A stretch of DNA of 64,000 nucleotides from Candidatus Poribacteria bacterium (GTDB lineage: Bacteria > Poribacteria > WGA-4E > PCPOR2b), in the NCBI GenBank assembly GCA_965218095.1, contig OZ244587.1, forward strand, positions 1,184,001-1,248,000. Direction: 5' to 3'. Under the pieces are notes generated by a model. That model was given only the letters and a program-made list of their open reading frames with translations, ran no database searches and was not told the origin of the DNA. The translations under genes were made by a program, and so were the position numbers. This document shows, in pieces, positions 61,801 through 64,000 of the stretch (position 1 is its first letter; the number at the start of each line of letters is the position of its first letter).

Positions 61801-64000
61801 AGAGCCTTCTCAGAGATGACAGTCCGGAAAATATGTCTGCCGGCAGGGCACGCAGTTGATTGCTCTCCAATCGGAGTTCTTGCAGTGACGACAGTCCCTC
61901 AAAATCACCAGGTTTCAGTGCGGATATATTCTTATCTCTCAGGTCTAGCAGGTCGCGTATCGCCGCGAGGTGCGTTTCGGTCACATTGCTGCAATCGCTC
62001 ACACCTGGGACTGCAGCCACGATAGCATCGCGCACCTGCGGTGTGCGGTCGCAGACTGGGGTCAACGTAGAGACTACTGGGGTATCGGCTACATCGTTGA
62101 CATTTATAGTGACAGTGATTGTGTCAGTCAAACTACCATCGGAGACGGTAACCGTTACGGTATAGGTGGTTTTGGTTTCGTAGTCGAGTGCTGCTTTGGT
62201 TTGCAACTGCCCGGTGCTGCTATTAATGCTAAACGATGCTGCATCGGTGCCGCTGAGAGTGTAGGTGAGGGTGTCGTTGTCTGCATCCGTAGCAGACACG
62301 GGACTACCGATGTTTCGTCCTGCTGCGGTATTCTCCGCTATTGTGCGAGCGGTGCTGGCACCGTCAGTGAATACGGGTGCGGTGTTTGTTGTGACCGGTG
62401 GTTGCGGTGTATCAGGGGGCTGACCATCGGTATCCACGTTTGGAATTGCTGTGGTGAAATCTGCCTCATCAAGATAGATTTTAAAGAACATCCCCCAATC
62501 ACCGAAGTTGTCGCTGACTTTAACTAACAAGAGATTGTCCCCCGCTTTCAGATTTACGCTGAACCGGTCCTGGATGCCCGTAGTTCTTCTATCAACGTTA
62601 TTTCTGTGAACCACCGTGCCATTGAGCCAAACTTTGACGGCATCATCGCTCCCCACGCCCATCGAAACACCGTTTTGATCACGCGTAGAGATAATGTTAA
62701 TCAAGGCATACGCAGAATAGAGATTGAGATTATGATTTTCGCTCAGTCCAATCGCATTGACCACGTGGTTGACATTATCCGAATAGCAGCCCGTCCAGAA
62801 CGTACAATAAGTTGATGGATAGATCTGCCCGCGCGTCCATTGCAGCTCACCTAAGTTATCTCCTTCGTTTACCCCATTTTGGGCAACCTGAGGCTCCGTA
62901 ATCGTGCCGTTACTTTCTTCGGCGAGATAATCCATGTCTATGTCTGCCCCGCTAGCAATCATCCAGAGCCAGGGACCTTGTATATAGTCCTGTGCCGCGG
63001 GTGTCTCGTCTATGTCAGTGACGCTGATAGTAACAGTAATTGTGTCGGAGAGGCTACCATCGGAGACGGTGACTGTTGCAGTATAGGTGGTTTTGGTTTC
63101 GTAGTCGAGTGCGGACTTGGTTTGCAACTGCCCCGTGCTGCTATTAATACTAAACGATGCCGCATCGGTGCCGCTGAGAGTGTAGGTGAGGGTGTCGTTG
63201 TCTGCATCCGTAGCGGCTACTGCGTTGCCGATGTTTACATCTGCTGCGGTATTCTCTGCAATTGTGCGGGTGGTGGAAGTGCCATCGGTGAATGTCGGTG
63301 CGGTATTCGTCGTCGTTGCTGTAGCGGTGAAGGTCACTGATGTAGAAATACCTTGGACACTTACGTGAACCGTATTTGTGCCAGCGGTATTGCCGAGCGT
63401 CAACGTGCTTTCTGCTCTGCCGTTCGCATTGGTAGTAGTGTTAGACACATTGAGCGTGCCACCGCCTGCTGTGACAGCAAACGTCACCGGCACCCCTGCA
63501 AACGCGACACGGCTTGCATCTTGCACTTCCACAACAAACGGCTGTGCAAGCGTTGTGCCGGTGTTGCCCGATTGCGTATCTCCCGATATTTTCACAGGTG
63601 TGGTCGCTACGCGGTTATCAAATTCTATATACACATTTTTCGCCTGCAGGGCGGGTATGTGCGTATAGATAGATGGATAATTCAACGGATTTCCCGACGC
63701 ATTGAGCTCGGTGAACTCTCCAAATCCTGTATTAGCGACTAACGGTGAGAGGTCAGAAACGGCGTTATTCTGAAAATATAACTCTGCCAGTTTGGTGAGA
63801 TTTTGGACAACAGATATATCTGAAATGCTGTTGTTCGGCATATCCAACCACACCAGTTTGGTGAGGTTCTGAACAGGCGTTATGTTTGTGATGGTGTTGT
63901 TTCCGATTTGCAGTTCTGTCAGGTTTGTCAAGCCTGCCAACGCCGATATATCTGAGATGGCGTTGGCTTTCAGACTGAGTTCGGTCAGGTTCGTCAATCT
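55808..64000 (-). CDS. Giant secreted protein (>2,700 aa, 5' end outside the window): LRRs, Big_1-like Ig, 3 cadherin domains, jelly-roll domain, 10 uncharacterised repeats, C-terminal T9SS-A/FlgD-Ig-like domain
   Basis: LxxLxLxxNxIS and LPADLFSGLSSL LRRs; LDYETKTTY cadherins; GSDDAVKVWLNG; LLPNYPNPFNPETW...WDGRN...SGVYFY. Confidence 0.92.
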   Translation of the reverse strand, partial: RLTNLTELSLKANAISDISALAGLTNLTELQIGNNTITNITPVQNLTKLVWLDMPNNSISDISVVQNLTKLAELYFQNNAVSDLSPLVANTGFGEFTELNASGNPLNYPSIYTHIPALQAKNVYIEFDNRVATTPVKISGDTQSGNTGTTLAQPFVVEVQDASRVAFAGVPVTFAVTAGGGTLNVSNTTTNANGRAESTLTLGNTAGTNTVHVSVQGISTSVTFTATATTTNTAPTFTDGTSTTRTIAENTAADVNIGNAVAATDADNDTLTYTLSGTDAASFSINSSTGQLQTKSALDYETKTTYTATVTVSDGSLSDTITVTISVTDIDETPAAQDYIQGPWLWMIASGADIDMDYLAEESNGTITEPQVAQNGVNEGDNLGELQWTRGQIYPSTYCTFWTGCYSDNVNHVVNAIGLSENHNLNLYSAYALINIISTRDQNGVSMGVGSDDAVKVWLNGTVVHRNNVDRRTTGIQDRFSVNLKAGDNLLLVKVSDNFGDWGMFFKIYLDEADFTTAIPNVDTDGQPPDTPQPPVTTNTAPVFTDGASTARTIAENTAAGRNIGSPVSATDADNDTLTYTLSGTDAASFSINSSTGQLQTKAALDYETKTTYTVTVTVSDGSLTDTITVTINVNDVADTPVVSTLTPVCDRTPQVRDAIVAAVPGVSDCSNVTETHLAAIRDLLDLRDKNISALKPGDFEGLSSLQELRLESNQLRALPADIFSGLSSLRRLYLGNNQLTSLPPDVFSELTALHDLYLHNNQLTSLPVDLFAGLSSLRQINLHTSRLTNLPADIFSGLSSLTQLFLRNNKLTSLPADLFSGLSSLQYLYLDGNRLTSLPADLFSGLPSLTQLLLNKNQMSTLSVGMFRGLTASTQLWLQGNTVDPLPLTISLEKVGDNQFKASVPAGAPFTITIPINVANGTISSGVSTLTIPQGSVESGRLTVTRTAGTTAAVTVDIGTLPGLPTNHQGYQLTRSANLPLEIFSSAANRAPTFTEGASTTRAVAENTAPGVNIGAAIAATDADNDTLTYTLSGTDAASFSINSSTGQLQTKSALDYETKTTYTATVTVSDGSLTDTITVTINVTDVDEAPTDIGVCKVGDILAPGESCTYPGTDATFSVLDNGHSQWNIPDLPSWLAWINQTSIGGSMRISATINNQDYHFVAEEVSNDSWEIKEIGEDRPEQPETPEQPEQPGDVGETPTLTVSTASSLTEATLHGGVATLTLSGGTYESTVFDIRRSLTVSGITGADFETFSVVRVSDTQATVELEFDGNISTSGTLTFNLESDAIANYEGAALTSQISVPAVTESVTASTAAPLTEATLDESVVTLTLSGRKFERNDSTVRTAVSVSGIAGVTVQNYNIDRESDTEVTVELTFNGNINTNSTLTFTVGADAIAGYDGAALTAQVPVSAGTESLDASTPRPLTEATLNESVVTLTLNGGKFERNDSTVRTAVSVSGIAGVTVQNYNIDRESDTEVTVELTFNGNINTNSTLTFTVGAEAIAGYNGPALTAQVPVSAGTESLDASTPQPLTEATLNESVVTLTLNGRKFERNDSTVRTAVSVSGIAGVTVQNYNIDRESDTEVTVELTFNGNINTDGTLTFTVGADAIAGYDGAALTAQVSVSASEEPVEIGGGTPTLRASTPSPLTEATLNESVVTLTLTGGTYESTTFDIRRSLTVSDITGADFEPFSVVRVSDTQATVELEFDGNISTNSTLTFTLRSDAIANYDGDALTSQISVSALPESVVASTASPLTEATLDESVVTLTLTGATYERAVSKIRDAVTVSGINGVTMPWHEPDRESNTEITLELEFDGTDFDTNSTLTFIVGAGAIAGYNGPALTAQLSVSASTETPVVTDVTDGQTPVTPQQPQQQGGGDSTLTLRASTPAPLTEATLHESVVTLTLTGRHYVPSYRDIRSALTITGIDGATYERYGVDRISDTEATVELEFNGDFDTNATLTFTVRAGAIADYKGPALTTQLPVTASTESIVASTDAPLTEMTLNGSIVTLTLTGRHYVPSYRDIRSALTITGIDGATYERYGVDRISDTEATVELEFNGDFDTNATLTFTVRAGAIADYKGPALTTQLPVTASTESIVASTDAPLTEMTLNGSIVTLTLTGRHYVPSYRDIRSALTITGIDGATYERYGVDRISDTEATVELEFNGDFDTDATLTFTVGAGAIADYNGPALTVQVSVTASTESIVATTASPLTEATLDESVVTLTLTGRNYARSIFDIRDAVTVSGINGVTIPWHDPDRESDTELTLELEFDGTNFDSTSTLIFTVGADAIADYNGPALTAQITVTATEQVLRAPSGISLIHVPLRVTAVDGVAQTIESVSALYDVLGGADTVNLLITYDPATQSWRSYLGEASRGTIADTVLADHQGIIADMKTPVSLQLDGDALGSNGNSVITLHPGTNLVGMSLKDPRITHVSDLFALEGIRANVSTITVLNNGIFQTVEQAGNAGDIPITGGQSFILNAREETTVAISGQGWDNVSGVAAAAPVALTGIEVGNTTPVLALTGSIVSPVGEWGRMPHLRSGSGFRVIVKNLSTRKSVATVTGDTGGSYQLTVVDTETGGAAQIGDILEISVRSPDPRIGVRPLRHTVTAEDVKWSRIELDNLIAYEIPTETELLPNYPNPFNPETWIPYRLAEDAVVNLTIYDTAGRVVRSIDVGYKPAAVYESRAKAIHWDGRNDFGEQVASGVYFYHLSTGDFSATRKMLIIK
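57075..60390 (-). repeat. Ten tandem copies of a ~107-aa (321-bp) intragenic repeat
   Basis: PLTEATLxESVVTLTLxG...DRxSDTExTVELxFxG...GxALT; two triplets are near-identical at DNA level. Confidence 0.9.

Noticed and set aside
57075-63340. Long repeats as a possible CRISPR array or DGR template/variable pair
   Set aside because: The repeats are in-frame coding domains with no unique spacers, no adenine-specific mismatch pattern that I could see, and no reverse transcriptase or cas genes in the window.

Overview
Bacterial chromosomal window that most resembles Candidatus Poribacteria. This is inferred from five PhyH dioxygenases, a dockerin-bearing secreted protein and a giant LRR/cadherin protein with a PNPFNPETW C-terminal sorting domain. 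The backbone is catabolic and housekeeping genes (murJ, livKHM, nfo, korAB, GH36, Gfo/Idh/MocA enzymes). Several accessory patches interrupt it. (1) 15.5-20.7 kb: a DUF1998 helicase split by a 2,097-bp IS1595-derived element with an 8-bp target duplication. The element carries an intact secreted dockerin protein, and a second decayed IS1595 element lies beside it. (2) 39.1-42.2 kb: a decaying integron with a truncated intI, attC sites and cassettes (HNH, scramblase-like, an empty cassette, BrnT TA, WD40). (3) 28.4-30.6 kb: a PIN toxin gene overlapping a gene that fuses an antitoxin-like module to a trypsin-like domain and TPRs. (4) A ParA::HEPN remnant inside the liv operon. (5) An apparently intact IS inserted in a membrane-anchored coiled-coil gene. 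Intergenic regions carry dispersed heptamer tandem repeats and REP-like palindromes. All calls come from motif recognition by eye; no database searches were run.
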